NCBI GenBank assembly: GCA_040403495.1
Contig: JBBAKM010000007.1
Span: forward strand, 486-64,485
Source: Bacteroidia bacterium
Lineage (GTDB): Bacteria; Bacteroidota; Bacteroidia; NS11-12g; UBA955
DNA length: 64,000 bases
Reading direction: 5' to 3'
This document shows, piece by piece, positions 28,661 to 38,413 of this stretch. The notes beneath the pieces are model-generated. The model did no database searches. It was not told the origin of the DNA and worked only from the letters and a program-made list of their open reading frames with translations. Position 1 is the first letter of the stretch; each line of letters begins with the position of its first letter. Position numbers and translations under genes: made by a program.

Positions 28661-28671
28661 TTCAAAAAACA

Positions 28672-29367
28672 CTACTTCATTTTGTTCAGATTTGTAAATT
28701 CTAAAACTGTTCCATCCTTTAAGAAAAGTCTTGAACCTGTGGCGTTCTTTCTGATTTCAACAATGAAATTGTAATTGATTAGATGACTTCTGTGTGCACG
28801 ATAAAAAAGTGACTCTGGTAATTTTTCTTCAAAATACTTTAAAGATTTAGTTACACTTATTTGTTTGTCCTCATAGTACAAAACGCAATAACTCCGATTG
28901 GCTTGTATTCGACTAATTTTATGACAATTAAAAAACTGTGTTTTATCGTGTCCTACCACCATTAACAAATCGTGTTCATCATGTATTGCGAGTTCTTGCT
29001 TTTGTTTTTCCTCAAGCAACTTATGTATACATTCCTTTAGTTCCGATAACACAACAGGCTTAGAAAGAAAAAACCGAACCCTTTCCTTAATTGCATCAAT
29101 AGCATAGTGTTCGTGAGCTGTGAACAAAACTACTTTGTTTTTAAGTGAATGTGGCAAACTTTCTATGAATTCAAACCCATTTAATTCTGGCATTTCAACG
29201 TCTAAAAAAACAACATCTACAGTTACGTTTTCCAATTCTTGCAACGCTATTTTGGGTGATGTGTATGAACCAATGATTAATAACTGAGTTGAAAAAAAAT
29301 TGTTTACAACCTTTTCAAAACCATTGATTGCAACTTCTGTATCATCTATTATTATCGCTCTTAACAT
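28672..29367 (-). CDS. LytTR-family two-component response regulator
   Basis: 231 aa. The receiver domain carries the phospho-acceptor context 'DVVFLDVEMPELNG', and a C-terminal LytTR DNA-binding domain follows. It lies 12 nt downstream of the kinase gene. Confidence 0.85.
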   Translation of the reverse strand: MLRAIIIDDTEVAINGFEKVVNNFFSTQLLIIGSYTSPKIALQELENVTVDVVFLDVEMPELNGFEFIESLPHSLKNKVVLFTAHEHYAIDAIKERVRFFLSKPVVLSELKECIHKLLEEKQKQELAIHDEHDLLMVVGHDKTQFFNCHKISRIQANRSYCVLYYEDKQISVTKSLKYFEEKLPESLFYRAHRSHLINYNFIVEIRKNATGSRLFLKDGTVLEFTNLNKMK

Positions 29368-29379
29368 CTATTTTTTGAC

Positions 29380-32304
29380 TTAATTTTTATTTTCGGGTTC
29401 TACTAAATAAGGTATATTAAGTGTAACACGTGTACCCGTTTCTAAATTTGATTCATTGCCTATATTTTCAATCGTAAAAAAAGATTCAATTTTTAATAGT
29501 TTACTGTAAGCTTTTAATCTATTTTGAATATTATCCAAACCATAAGACTTTCTCTCTGATACCTTTTTATTATACCCTACGCCATTGTCTGTAATTATTA
29601 CATTCAATAGCTTGTCTTTGAGTTTAACATCAAGTTGAATACGGTTTAATTGCTGTTTATGAGGAACCAATCCATGAATGATTGCATTTTCTACAAAAGG
29701 CTGAAATATCATCGTAGGCACTTTAACATTTGTTATGGTGGCGCTTGATGTGTCTGAGAAAAAACGATAGTCAAAATCTATGTTTATATTCCTTATGAGA
29801 CCTTCTAGTTTAATATACTCTTTAATAGTTTCTATTTCTTGTTCTAATGATATGAAACTGTAATCAGATTTCTCCAAAATGCTTCGCATTACTTTACCAT
29901 ATTGCCCTATGAACTCAAAAGCTTTTTCCTTGTCATTATCCAAAACTACACTTTGCAAACTCATTAATGAGTTGCTTAAGTAATGAGGATTAATTTGAGC
30001 TCTCAATGCTTTAAGTTCGCTTTCAAGCAAGACTAATTCTCTTTTTAGCGTATTTTGCTTTAACTTAAAATAGAACTTACTTATGTAAACAGCAAGAATA
30101 ATTAATATCAAACCATAAATCAAAATGGCTATTTGAGAGCTATACCAAGCTGGTTCAACTATTAATTTAATTTTTTTATAGCTTTTAACATCTGAATCTT
30201 TATTCTTCCTAAAATACACATTGTAAGTTCCTCTTTTCAAGGAATATAAAATCAATTCAAAGTTATTTAAGAGTATCCATTTGTCACTTATTTCTGGAAT
30301 TTTATATTCAATATTTGTATGGTTTAGTAAATCAATATCCGCTAAAGCAAGTTTCATTGTAAAATCAGCAAATCCTTCTTTTAAATAATATTGATAACTT
30401 AATGGTTGCTTATCTCCATTATAATCTATTTGTTGAATTATAATTGGATTATTGTTCTTATAAGGGATATATGTATTAGGATCAAAAACTACTATGCCAG
30501 ACATATTAGACAATGCAAATCTATCATCACTTAATCTTACGCCAGAGTTGTAAAACCTTCCATTAAACTCTTTATTTATTAAGCCATTATTTGTATCAAA
30601 TCTATAAATTTGCAATTCATTTTTAGGGTTTTTTTCAAACCCCAAAACCTCATTTTTTTCTATTAAAACCAATCCACTGTTTGTTGGAATCCAATAATTT
30701 CCTTTTTTATCCACTAGGTAATAATGAGCAAAATTTAATACTCCATTAGGATCATTAAAAAACTTACTAATCTTCAAATCCTTATCCATCCAATAAATAC
30801 CAGAACCATACGTAAATACCCAATATTTATTAATACTTGAATCATACTTGACAAACCTTACTTCCTTTCCTATTAATTCATTAATAATTTTCGACTTTTG
30901 GGTTAACAAATCATATAATTCAATCCCATCTTTTTCTCTTACTAAAAGCCACTGGCTTGGTTTATAAAACTCATGTGCAGAAGAAATTGTAAAATTTACC
31001 TTTAAGACATTCTCTAATTTGTTTTTCCCATTTAAGCAAAGCAATTTATTCCTGTGTAACACATATATTTTTCCTTTACTTAAAAATGCATCTGTATAAA
31101 ACTTTTCATTCGCTTCCGACGAAATATCCACTTTGTACTTTTTACAAGATTTGTCACTTATATAATAAACCGAGTCTTTGTTAAATAAGCATATTTCACT
31201 GCTGTTGATATTTATTGCGGCAGAAAAAAAATTGACAAACTGGAAGTTTTTGAATACACTTGAATTAAATGATAAAGGCATTCCTAAAGAATTAACAAAA
31301 ACTCGATAAACCTCCGCTTTTTCTTCCTCCCTTAAAGGATTTAATTCATTTTTAAAAAGACTTGGTTGTAGCAAATACAATCCATTTGTTGCGGAGTAAA
31401 AAATAGTTACTTTTTCATTTTTTAAATAGACAGATCTTTTTAAACTCTTATCCTCAATCCCATGCTTATTTATCTGTTTAAAATTCAATTTATTGTCTAA
31501 AATTATAACTTTAAACAAATCAGAACCTACATGTAAATCTATTTCATTGTTATTTTTATTAAATATTAAACTCGAGAGGTCAATTTTTCTATTTAAAATT
31601 TTTGGCAAATCATAAACTGCTTCTATTCTATCCTTATAAATCACATATAATTTTTTCGAGTAACTTAACATAGCAAGCCGGTTGTTAAATACAAAACCTG
31701 CATTAGAGAAAAATAAATGATCTATATTTGGTACTTTTTTGTCCTTGCCAAAAAAAATTTGATCTAAATTAACTTGATACCAAGTACTACTATCTAAATC
31801 ATAATAAAAAACACCATCATTTATATGATTAAAATTCCTTACAGTTGAAAATAAAACAGGATTTTCCTCTTTAAAAATCAATTCATAATTACCATTTACA
31901 ATACAATTTTTCCCAAAAACCAAACTTGAATCATAAATTAATTCAGAATTTTTATTGACCTTAAAAAAACGATTATCAGATGATTTAATTACCAATTCAC
32001 CATTTTCTCTTCTTTGAATTTTATCAAAACGATTATTTTTAATTGAAGGAAAGTTAATACTAGAATAATTAAAGAAACTTCTTCCATTATATCTACTTAG
32101 GCCTGATTGTGTAGCTATCCAAACAAATCCGTTTTTATCGCTATTCACATCATTAATTAGATTACTGGGTAAGCCATTTTCGTTAGTATAATGCTTTATC
32201 AAATAATCATTCTCATGTACTTTTTGTGAAGTAGCTGTATAGTTAAAAACCAAGAGCAAAACAATCAAAAACAAATCCTTTAAACCCTTTATTGTGCAAT
32301 TCAT
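29380..32304 (-). CDS. Sensor histidine kinase: periplasmic two-component-regulator propeller/Y_Y_Y-type domain + TM + LytS-type His_kinase/HATPase
   Basis: 974 aa with a signal/TM helix at the N-terminus and a long repeat-rich extracytoplasmic region. A TM helix (IAILIYGLILIILAVYI) is followed by the LytS signature 'INPHYLSNSL' and an ATPase domain. Confidence 0.8.
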   Translation of the reverse strand: MNCTIKGLKDLFLIVLLLVFNYTATSQKVHENDYLIKHYTNENGLPSNLINDVNSDKNGFVWIATQSGLSRYNGRSFFNYSSINFPSIKNNRFDKIQRRENGELVIKSSDNRFFKVNKNSELIYDSSLVFGKNCIVNGNYELIFKEENPVLFSTVRNFNHINDGVFYYDLDSSTWYQVNLDQIFFGKDKKVPNIDHLFFSNAGFVFNNRLAMLSYSKKLYVIYKDRIEAVYDLPKILNRKIDLSSLIFNKNNNEIDLHVGSDLFKVIILDNKLNFKQINKHGIEDKSLKRSVYLKNEKVTIFYSATNGLYLLQPSLFKNELNPLREEEKAEVYRVFVNSLGMPLSFNSSVFKNFQFVNFFSAAININSSEICLFNKDSVYYISDKSCKKYKVDISSEANEKFYTDAFLSKGKIYVLHRNKLLCLNGKNKLENVLKVNFTISSAHEFYKPSQWLLVREKDGIELYDLLTQKSKIINELIGKEVRFVKYDSSINKYWVFTYGSGIYWMDKDLKISKFFNDPNGVLNFAHYYLVDKKGNYWIPTNSGLVLIEKNEVLGFEKNPKNELQIYRFDTNNGLINKEFNGRFYNSGVRLSDDRFALSNMSGIVVFDPNTYIPYKNNNPIIIQQIDYNGDKQPLSYQYYLKEGFADFTMKLALADIDLLNHTNIEYKIPEISDKWILLNNFELILYSLKRGTYNVYFRKNKDSDVKSYKKIKLIVEPAWYSSQIAILIYGLILIILAVYISKFYFKLKQNTLKRELVLLESELKALRAQINPHYLSNSLMSLQSVVLDNDKEKAFEFIGQYGKVMRSILEKSDYSFISLEQEIETIKEYIKLEGLIRNINIDFDYRFFSDTSSATITNVKVPTMIFQPFVENAIIHGLVPHKQQLNRIQLDVKLKDKLLNVIITDNGVGYNKKVSERKSYGLDNIQNRLKAYSKLLKIESFFTIENIGNESNLETGTRVTLNIPYLVEPENKN

Positions 32305-32685
32305 TGTACTAAAAAAAAAGATAAATTCACAATTTCAACACAAGTTATACAATATTGTTTTAAACTATGAAGTCGCAAAATTAACTATTAGTGTGAAATA
32401 ATTTAAAAGATTTTCTGACAAGAATATGTTTTAAACATATTTTAATAACAATCTTCACATTTAGTTAATTGAGCACTCTTCATTAAGTAGTATTTTTTTG
32501 CTTGTTTTAATACTATCATTTCAACATTTATTGAATAAAACCAATAACCTAAATTATATTTTTGCATAATTTAACCCATTTAAGCTGTTATTGTTGTTTT
32601 TTAATTTCTGCATATTTGAATTAGTTCATTTACAAAACTTTTTTTTATAATCCCTTTCTTTTATACTTGGCCGTGCATTTTTTAC

Positions 32686-32756
32686 CGCTCTTTGATAAAC
32701 TCAGAACAGGCTCCAGCGCTGAGGTCGCTGAGGGGTTATTCACTAAGTCGCCTTAT
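32686..32756. repeat. Copy of the 'gataaactcagaacaggctcc.gcgct.aggtcgc.gagg' repeat; the second copy is at 38978
   Basis: About 60 nt are near-identical between 32686-32745 and 38978-39037. Confidence 0.75.
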
Positions 32757-33134
32757 TATAATATATTTCCTTGATAATTAATCCATTGAATAAGATATTA
32801 TTTGACCTTCGGTATGAAACTCTCTTGCAAAGTTTGAAACATAAAAATGAACAACTTGCGCTTGAACCACTAATACTTTCTGCCATTTTCCACAAGAAGT
32901 GCCTTTTAGTGGTGGTTTTAATTGAAATTATTGCACTTATCAAAACTCTAGAAAAAATAGTTTTTTGTTTGTTGACACCAATATAGAATTATTATTAATA
33001 GAAGTTGGATTATCCACTATTTTCATTTGTGATTTTGCTTCTTTAATAAAGAACCCTAAAAAAAATAGGCTTGAGGTTTGGCTTTTAGTTGTTTTTTTCA
33101 TTTTTTTAAATATCCTAATAAAATCTAAATAAAC

Positions 33135-34571
33135 TTAATTAATCCTTTTAGCAGACATCCAACTTTTACCATTTGCATCTGACAAAGTATAGCCTGAATT
33201 TGATGCCGCTTGAGAATAAATCCTTAATTTATATATTGCGGAACCTGTAGTGGTTACAAAATACTTACCATAACCGACACCTTGAACATTTAAAGAAAGT
33301 GCACTATATGTAGCTTGTGTTTCAGTATCACTAATCACTCCATTTGAAGATGATGTTAATACACCACTTACGCCTCCTGGTGTAGCTATATTAAAGCCTC
33401 TTAAACTCCATTCTATTTCCCAAACTCCAGCAGATGGTATTGTTATTGAAATATAATCTGTTGCAGTTGATGGGCTAGTTCCGGATGCAATAACCAAATT
33501 TGCACCAATTATTGGAGAAACAAATATAGGAAACACTGTTCTACTTATCATTCTCCATGCTGTTCCTGTACTTTGAATTGTAATCGAACTCAATGTAGGA
33601 ATTATAGTTGTTGAAATTCCATTTGTACCTAAAACATTTGATGCAAAAGACTTATCTACAGGACCAGAGTTAGCAACTACATATATCCTACCTGGACAAG
33701 ATGAAGCACTTGGAAGCGTTACAGTTTGAGTTGTGGCATCATTAAGAAATATAGTGTGGTCTTTGTTTCCTAATGTATATGTTGCACCTGTTATTCCTTT
33801 TGCAATTGGCGCAAAAGATCCTGATAATTCTAGTGTACTTGTTGGAGTTGTTGTACCAATTCCGACATCTCCATTATGTAATATTCTCATTCGTTCCTGT
33901 TCACTTGTATTACCAAGTGATGTCGTAGAAAATACTAGGTTTCCTCCCCCTTCTGTAGTAGTTTGATTTTCTGCTGTCAAGGCATTTATAGATGCATTTC
34001 TATTGTATGTAGTTCCGTTTGCGCTCTGAAACAATATTCCCGCTACTGCTGATCCTGAAACAAGTGCAGTGTTTACTGAAGGGTCTGCATTGTTAGTTTT
34101 ACGAATTGTAATCCATGCATTATTACCATTAGTAGTTGTTCCCCTAGTAATAGAAAAGTTTTGAATCGTTCCTCTAAAATCAAGAGATCTGTTTTCCATA
34201 TTTACTATTCTATTGCTTTTTAGAGTTCCATCAACCGTATAAATATTTTGTAGGTTTAAAGCATCTGCAATTTGAACCCATTGAGTGCCATCGTTATAAT
34301 AAAAACCAGGGCTTACATTATTTGGAGCAGTTCCTGCAGTAGCAGTGTTATAGACTGTCATACCTGAAATATGCGCGTTTAATGGCGAAGCATTATTAAT
34401 GGCACTTAGAGAAACTCTAGGCAAAAGCAAGCCTTTATTTGTGGACTCGAGTTCTAGAATAGAATTGGAATTAATCGTGGTTGGGTTATCACCCACTTTT
34501 ACTTGGGAATATGTTTCTTGAGATAATAATCCTAAAAAGAGAAGGATTAGGAGTTTGATTGTTTGTTTCAT
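33135..34571 (-). CDS. Secreted tail-fibre-like repeat protein, paralogue of 36184..38313 (shared N-terminal module)
   Basis: The start is chosen at MKQTIKLLILLFLGLLSQETYSQ, a signal peptide; the ORF track extends it upstream to 34652. The mature N-terminus VKVGDNPTTINSNSILELESTNKGLLLPRVSLSAINNASPL…YYNDGTQW is ~75% identical to that of the 709-aa protein. The 'ERMRILHNGDVGIGTTTPTSTL' repeat motif is present. Confidence 0.7.
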   Translation of the reverse strand: MKQTIKLLILLFLGLLSQETYSQVKVGDNPTTINSNSILELESTNKGLLLPRVSLSAINNASPLNAHISGMTVYNTATAGTAPNNVSPGFYYNDGTQWVQIADALNLQNIYTVDGTLKSNRIVNMENRSLDFRGTIQNFSITRGTTTNGNNAWITIRKTNNADPSVNTALVSGSAVAGILFQSANGTTYNRNASINALTAENQTTTEGGGNLVFSTTSLGNTSEQERMRILHNGDVGIGTTTPTSTLELSGSFAPIAKGITGATYTLGNKDHTIFLNDATTQTVTLPSASSCPGRIYVVANSGPVDKSFASNVLGTNGISTTIIPTLSSITIQSTGTAWRMISRTVFPIFVSPIIGANLVIASGTSPSTATDYISITIPSAGVWEIEWSLRGFNIATPGGVSGVLTSSSNGVISDTETQATYSALSLNVQGVGYGKYFVTTTGSAIYKLRIYSQAASNSGYTLSDANGKSWMSAKRIN

Positions 34572-34599
34572 TTTTATTATATTTTTGTTGTTTTTTTGA

Positions 34600-34740
34600 A
34601 TTCTTATTTTCTCACTTCGGAGGCATTCACCACAGAGGCACAAAGAGCACAAAGATTTCCTCAGTATTCTCCGTGACTTTGTGGTGCTTTTTTTTTACCA
34701 CGGAGTCAACCTCCATAGGCGGACAGACACATGCACAAAG
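34600..34740. repeat. GC-rich hairpin repeat ('cattcaccacagaggcacaaagagcacaaagatttcctcagtattctccgtgactttgtggtgcttttttt…accacggag'), copy 1
   Basis: It is near-identical to 35170-35250 and shares cattcacc/cggagg motifs with 38360-38400 and 39050-39080. Confidence 0.75.
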
Positions 34741-34741
34741 A

Positions 34742-35122
34742 TTATAAATAACCATTAATAGTCCTTTTAACTCCATTCTTTAATAACACTTCGTTAAAAT
34801 TGATTAATAACCCTAGTTTCAAATTTTTAAGTTTTAAATAGGTAAGGAGTTGTGCAGTATGAATATCCGCTAATGCTTCAACACTTTTAATCTCTATAAT
34901 TACTTTATTTTCAACTAGTGCATCTATTCTATATCCTGCATCGAGTTTTACATTTTTATAAACTACTGGTAGTGATTGCTGTTGATATACTTCCAATCCC
35001 ATTTGCCTAAGTTCGTAAACTAAACATACTTCGTAGGTACTTTCTAAAAGCCCTGGACCAAGATGCCTATGTACTTCTATTGCTGCACCGATTACTATTG
35101 TTGAAATTTCGTTTTCTGTCAT
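34742..35122 (-). CDS. GxxExxY family protein (PD-(D/E)XK nuclease fold)
   Basis: 126 aa. The N-terminus 'IVIGAAIEVHRHLGPGLLESTYEVCLVYEL' contains the invariant G..E..Y motif, and the size is right for the family. Confidence 0.75.
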   Translation of the reverse strand: MTENEISTIVIGAAIEVHRHLGPGLLESTYEVCLVYELRQMGLEVYQQQSLPVVYKNVKLDAGYRIDALVENKVIIEIKSVEALADIHTAQLLTYLKLKNLKLGLLINFNEVLLKNGVKRTINGYL

Positions 35123-35124
35123 TG

Positions 35125-35300
35125 TTTATTTATTTACCGCAGAGGCATTCCCTTAGAAGGAATCTACCAAAGAGACATTCACCACATAGGCACAAAGAGC
35201 ACAAAGATTTCCTCAGTATTCTCCGCGACTTTGTGGTGCTTTTTTTACCACGGAGGCATTTACAGCGGAGGCGAAGAGTAAGCTGAGGTGTTTTCTTTGC
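35125..35300. repeat. GC-rich hairpin repeat, copy 2 (flanks the other side of the GxxExxY gene)
   Basis: See 34600-34740. The element ends with accacggaggcatttacagcggaggcgaagag. Confidence 0.75.
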
Positions 35301-35320
35301 GCTATTTATATTTAATTTTA

Positions 35321-36160
35321 CTATTCAGTTTTTATTTTATCCATAGATTCTTTAATTGCAGTTATGGTTTTTAGGTTTTGAGCTGCTATTTCATATTCAG
35401 GGGCTAATTCCAATGCTTTCTTAAAACTTTCTATAGATTCCATGTAAGCCTTATTTTCGTATTCTAACAATCCATTGATATTATATAAAACTGCTCTAAA
35501 CGGCACATTTATTTCTTTTTTGTTTTTTTCATTAAGTACAGAGAGAGAAACTTGATTTATTGTGGTATCTGCCATTAAACTATTACAAGTTACTTGCGCC
35601 TCTTTAACCCTTTTGAGTTGTTGTTGTAATTGCAGTAATGCATAGCCATGTTGTATGTTTTTTGAATTAGAATATAACTTTTGGTATGCATCTGCTGCTT
35701 CAACCGTTTGGTTTAAGGCATTTGCAGAAACAGCGAATATTTCTGTTATTAAATCAGAACTTCTACCACTTTCTTGAATCTCTTTAACTAATTTGTAAGA
35801 AATATCGTATTGCCTGTTTTGTGCATACATTAAGGCTAAGGTATCTTTATATTCTATATTACTTTTATTTTCAATCAAATAATAATTTAAAGAAACTATT
35901 GCTGTATTTAAATCACCCTTTTGTATTGACTGTCTGTATACTTTCACGTGCAGATTCTCATTTAAGCTCTTATTTGGATTGGTCTTTTTTACTTTTTTTA
36001 CCTTAACATCTTGTGCAAAACCTAAATTATAACATAATAGAATGCATAATACGATTAGTCTTCCTAACATTTTGAATCTATTTATTGATTTAAAATCCAT
36101 TATTTTCATTTTTACTGTCATTAATTTTGAATAAAAAAAGGACTTTGATAATGATACCAA
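35321..36160 (-). CDS. Tetratricopeptide-repeat protein with an N-terminal signal/TM segment
   Basis: 279 aa with hydrophobic 'LGRLIVLCILLCYNLGFAQ' followed by several TPR-like helical repeats (…ALMYAQNRQY…, …AYMESIESFKKALELAP…). The true start may be an internal Met. Confidence 0.55.
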   Translation of the reverse strand: MVSLSKSFFYSKLMTVKMKIMDFKSINRFKMLGRLIVLCILLCYNLGFAQDVKVKKVKKTNPNKSLNENLHVKVYRQSIQKGDLNTAIVSLNYYLIENKSNIEYKDTLALMYAQNRQYDISYKLVKEIQESGRSSDLITEIFAVSANALNQTVEAADAYQKLYSNSKNIQHGYALLQLQQQLKRVKEAQVTCNSLMADTTINQVSLSVLNEKNKKEINVPFRAVLYNINGLLEYENKAYMESIESFKKALELAPEYEIAAQNLKTITAIKESMDKIKTE

Positions 36161-36183
36161 AGTCCTTTTTATGAAAAGTTTTT

Positions 36184-38313
36184 TTATTTCTTTTCTAACA
36201 ATTCCAATTTAGCTTTTAATTCATCTATCTGTTTTTGTTGATCTTTGATTGCTTCCACTAAAACTGGCACTAAATTTTGGTAAGCCATAGAAAGTGTTTC
36301 GCCTTTAGTAACATCTCCTTCTACACCCATTACAACTTCGGGTACAACTTTCTGAACATCTTGTGCTAAAAACCCTAATTGTCTTCCAGACTCAAGGTTA
36401 TTGCTCCAATTATAATAAACCCCATTCAATTGGTTTACCAATCCAAGTGCATTTTCAACTTTAACAACATTGGTTTTTAAACGAGCATCAGAAGAGTGTA
36501 ACCAACCAGTAGTGGTGTATGTTCCTGTTGTTGTTCCATTAAATACAGTAAGTCTTTGTGATGGGGAAGCTGTTCCTATACCAACATTTCCATTATTATT
36601 GATTCTCATTCGTTCAGAAGTACCACCATTATTAGTTTCAAAAACAATTTTACCAGCAGCACGTGTTGAAGTAATAACTATTCCATTATCGGTCCCTGTT
36701 TGGCCTGTTGTAGTAATCGCACCAGCACTATTACCATCAGCTGAATTAATAAAATATAGACCTCGATTTGAAATATCACCAAAAACATCCAATTTTCGAG
36801 TTGGTGAAGTTGTTCCTATACCTATATTACCAGCAATATTAATCCTCATTCTTTCCTCACTATCTGTTTCAAAAGCAATCCCTGTAAGAGATCTTATTGC
36901 TATTATTGTATTACTATTGATTGCCGGCCCAACTCCACCAGCTCCTGAAACTATATAACTTGCAGAATTATCTATTCGAATATTTCCTCCTGAAACTTGC
37001 AGTCTTTCAGTTGGAGAGACAGTACCTATACCAACATTACCACTATTATTAATAACCATAGCTTCCGTTTCTACACTTGAATTTGGCTGTTTTACATGAA
37101 ATTCAATAGCAGGCTTGGTTGACCTTGAATCAAATGATATAAATGAACCTTGAAAAGTAGGTTGACTTACTCCCAATAAAGATGGCATGTTTGAACCAAT
37201 TCGAATAAGTCCAACAGTGTTTCGCATAATACCCATGTTATAAGTTGAACTTAATGCAATATTACCATTTACTTCTAACCTTTGTGATGGAAAATCTTGC
37301 AAACCACCGCCAATTAGTAGTCCATTTGGATTTAATCTCATTAATTGAATATAGGTTGAAGCATCATTGGTCTGTGCCCATGTAAAACCACCTGCCCCTG
37401 TTCCTCTATGGTTTACAAATCCAGAATAGCCTTGTGCTGCTAACCCACCAAATAAAATACCTGAATTCCAAGACAAATGCATTCCTTGATTATTATTTGG
37501 TGCACCTGATACAATCAAAGCCCCTCCTGATACACTTAGCCTTGAAGGTGCGGTAGTTCTTCCTATAGAAACATTTCCATTGGGATGTACAATAAGTCTA
37601 TCTCTTCCTCTTGACATCAATCTAAATGAGTTATTATTAATAGTTCCTACTCTATTGTTTCTAGTGTTAGTATAATTACCACCTAAACGCCAAAACGGTG
37701 ATGTTGGCGGACGAGTTGAAGACAAAACCCAAGTTGTTCCGTTAAATTGATAGGTATTTCCTGCATTTGCTCCTTCAGTTACAACTCTTTTCTCGCCTGA
37801 AACAGGAGTATAAAAATTCCAAATCAGATTTCCTGATGTATTTACACCAGCTAACTCTGCTATATTATTTGTTTGTCCAGCCCAGTCTCCACTCGCACCC
37901 GATGGCACAATATAAACATCCCCATCATCACCTGAGGTAGGAGGAGCTGTTAGCGTATTATCAATAACTGGACCACCATCGTTGTCAACATCAGCTAAAT
38001 CAGAAAAAGCAATTAACTGCCATTTAGTTCCGTCGTTATAGTAATATCCTGGAACTACATCATTTGGCAATGTTCCCGCAGTGGCAGTGTTGTATACTAT
38101 CATACCTGCTACGTGAGCAGATAATGGAGATGCATTGTTTGTGGCAGAAAGAGTTACTCTTGGCAAGAGTAATCCTTTGTTTGTAGCTTCCAATTCTAAT
38201 ACAGAATTTGAATTAATGGTTGTAGGGTTATTTCCTACTTTTACTTGGGCGTATACCCCTTGAGCGAACAATCCTAAAAAAAATAGGATTAGTAATTTGC
38301 TTGTTTTTTTCAT
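36184..38313 (-). CDS. Secreted tail-fibre-like protein with a C-terminal peptidase-S74-type intramolecular chaperone (self-cleaving) domain
   Basis: 709 aa with signal peptide MKKTSKLLILFFLGLFAQGVYAQ. It has the paralogous N-terminal module and three or more 'ERMRINxxGNVGIGTxSPxxxL' repeats. The C-terminus 'SSDARLKTNVVKVENALGLVNQLNGVYYNWSNN…' followed by a coiled-coil tail (IDELKAKLELLEKK) matches the SDxRxK(E/T)N[IV]…Y.W signature of phage tail-spike/endosialidase chaperone domains. Confidence 0.7.
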   Translation of the reverse strand: MKKTSKLLILFFLGLFAQGVYAQVKVGNNPTTINSNSVLELEATNKGLLLPRVTLSATNNASPLSAHVAGMIVYNTATAGTLPNDVVPGYYYNDGTKWQLIAFSDLADVDNDGGPVIDNTLTAPPTSGDDGDVYIVPSGASGDWAGQTNNIAELAGVNTSGNLIWNFYTPVSGEKRVVTEGANAGNTYQFNGTTWVLSSTRPPTSPFWRLGGNYTNTRNNRVGTINNNSFRLMSRGRDRLIVHPNGNVSIGRTTAPSRLSVSGGALIVSGAPNNNQGMHLSWNSGILFGGLAAQGYSGFVNHRGTGAGGFTWAQTNDASTYIQLMRLNPNGLLIGGGLQDFPSQRLEVNGNIALSSTYNMGIMRNTVGLIRIGSNMPSLLGVSQPTFQGSFISFDSRSTKPAIEFHVKQPNSSVETEAMVINNSGNVGIGTVSPTERLQVSGGNIRIDNSASYIVSGAGGVGPAINSNTIIAIRSLTGIAFETDSEERMRINIAGNIGIGTTSPTRKLDVFGDISNRGLYFINSADGNSAGAITTTGQTGTDNGIVITSTRAAGKIVFETNNGGTSERMRINNNGNVGIGTASPSQRLTVFNGTTTGTYTTTGWLHSSDARLKTNVVKVENALGLVNQLNGVYYNWSNNLESGRQLGFLAQDVQKVVPEVVMGVEGDVTKGETLSMAYQNLVPVLVEAIKDQQKQIDELKAKLELLEKK

Positions 38314-38345
38314 TTTATTGATACTTTGGTTATTTTTTATTTTTT

Positions 38346-38412
38346 ATTTTTTATTTTTTTCACCCGGAGACATTCACCGCAGAGACGCGGAGAACGCGGA
38401 GGGGATTTTCGC
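38346..38412. repeat. T-rich run + 'cacccggagacattcaccgcagagacgcggagaacgcggagggg' member of the cattcacc/CGGAG repeat family
   Basis: It shares the gacattcacc.cag ag motif with 35180-35200 and cgcggag(g) with 39065-39085. Confidence 0.6.
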
Positions 38413-38413
38413 T

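Noticed and set aside
32743-32986. Two overlapping small ORFs in the 830-bp spacer upstream of the sensor kinase
   Set aside because: They are AT-rich, on opposite strands, and have no start signals. The spacer is more likely promoter/regulatory plus repeat DNA. I could not identify a convincing operator there.
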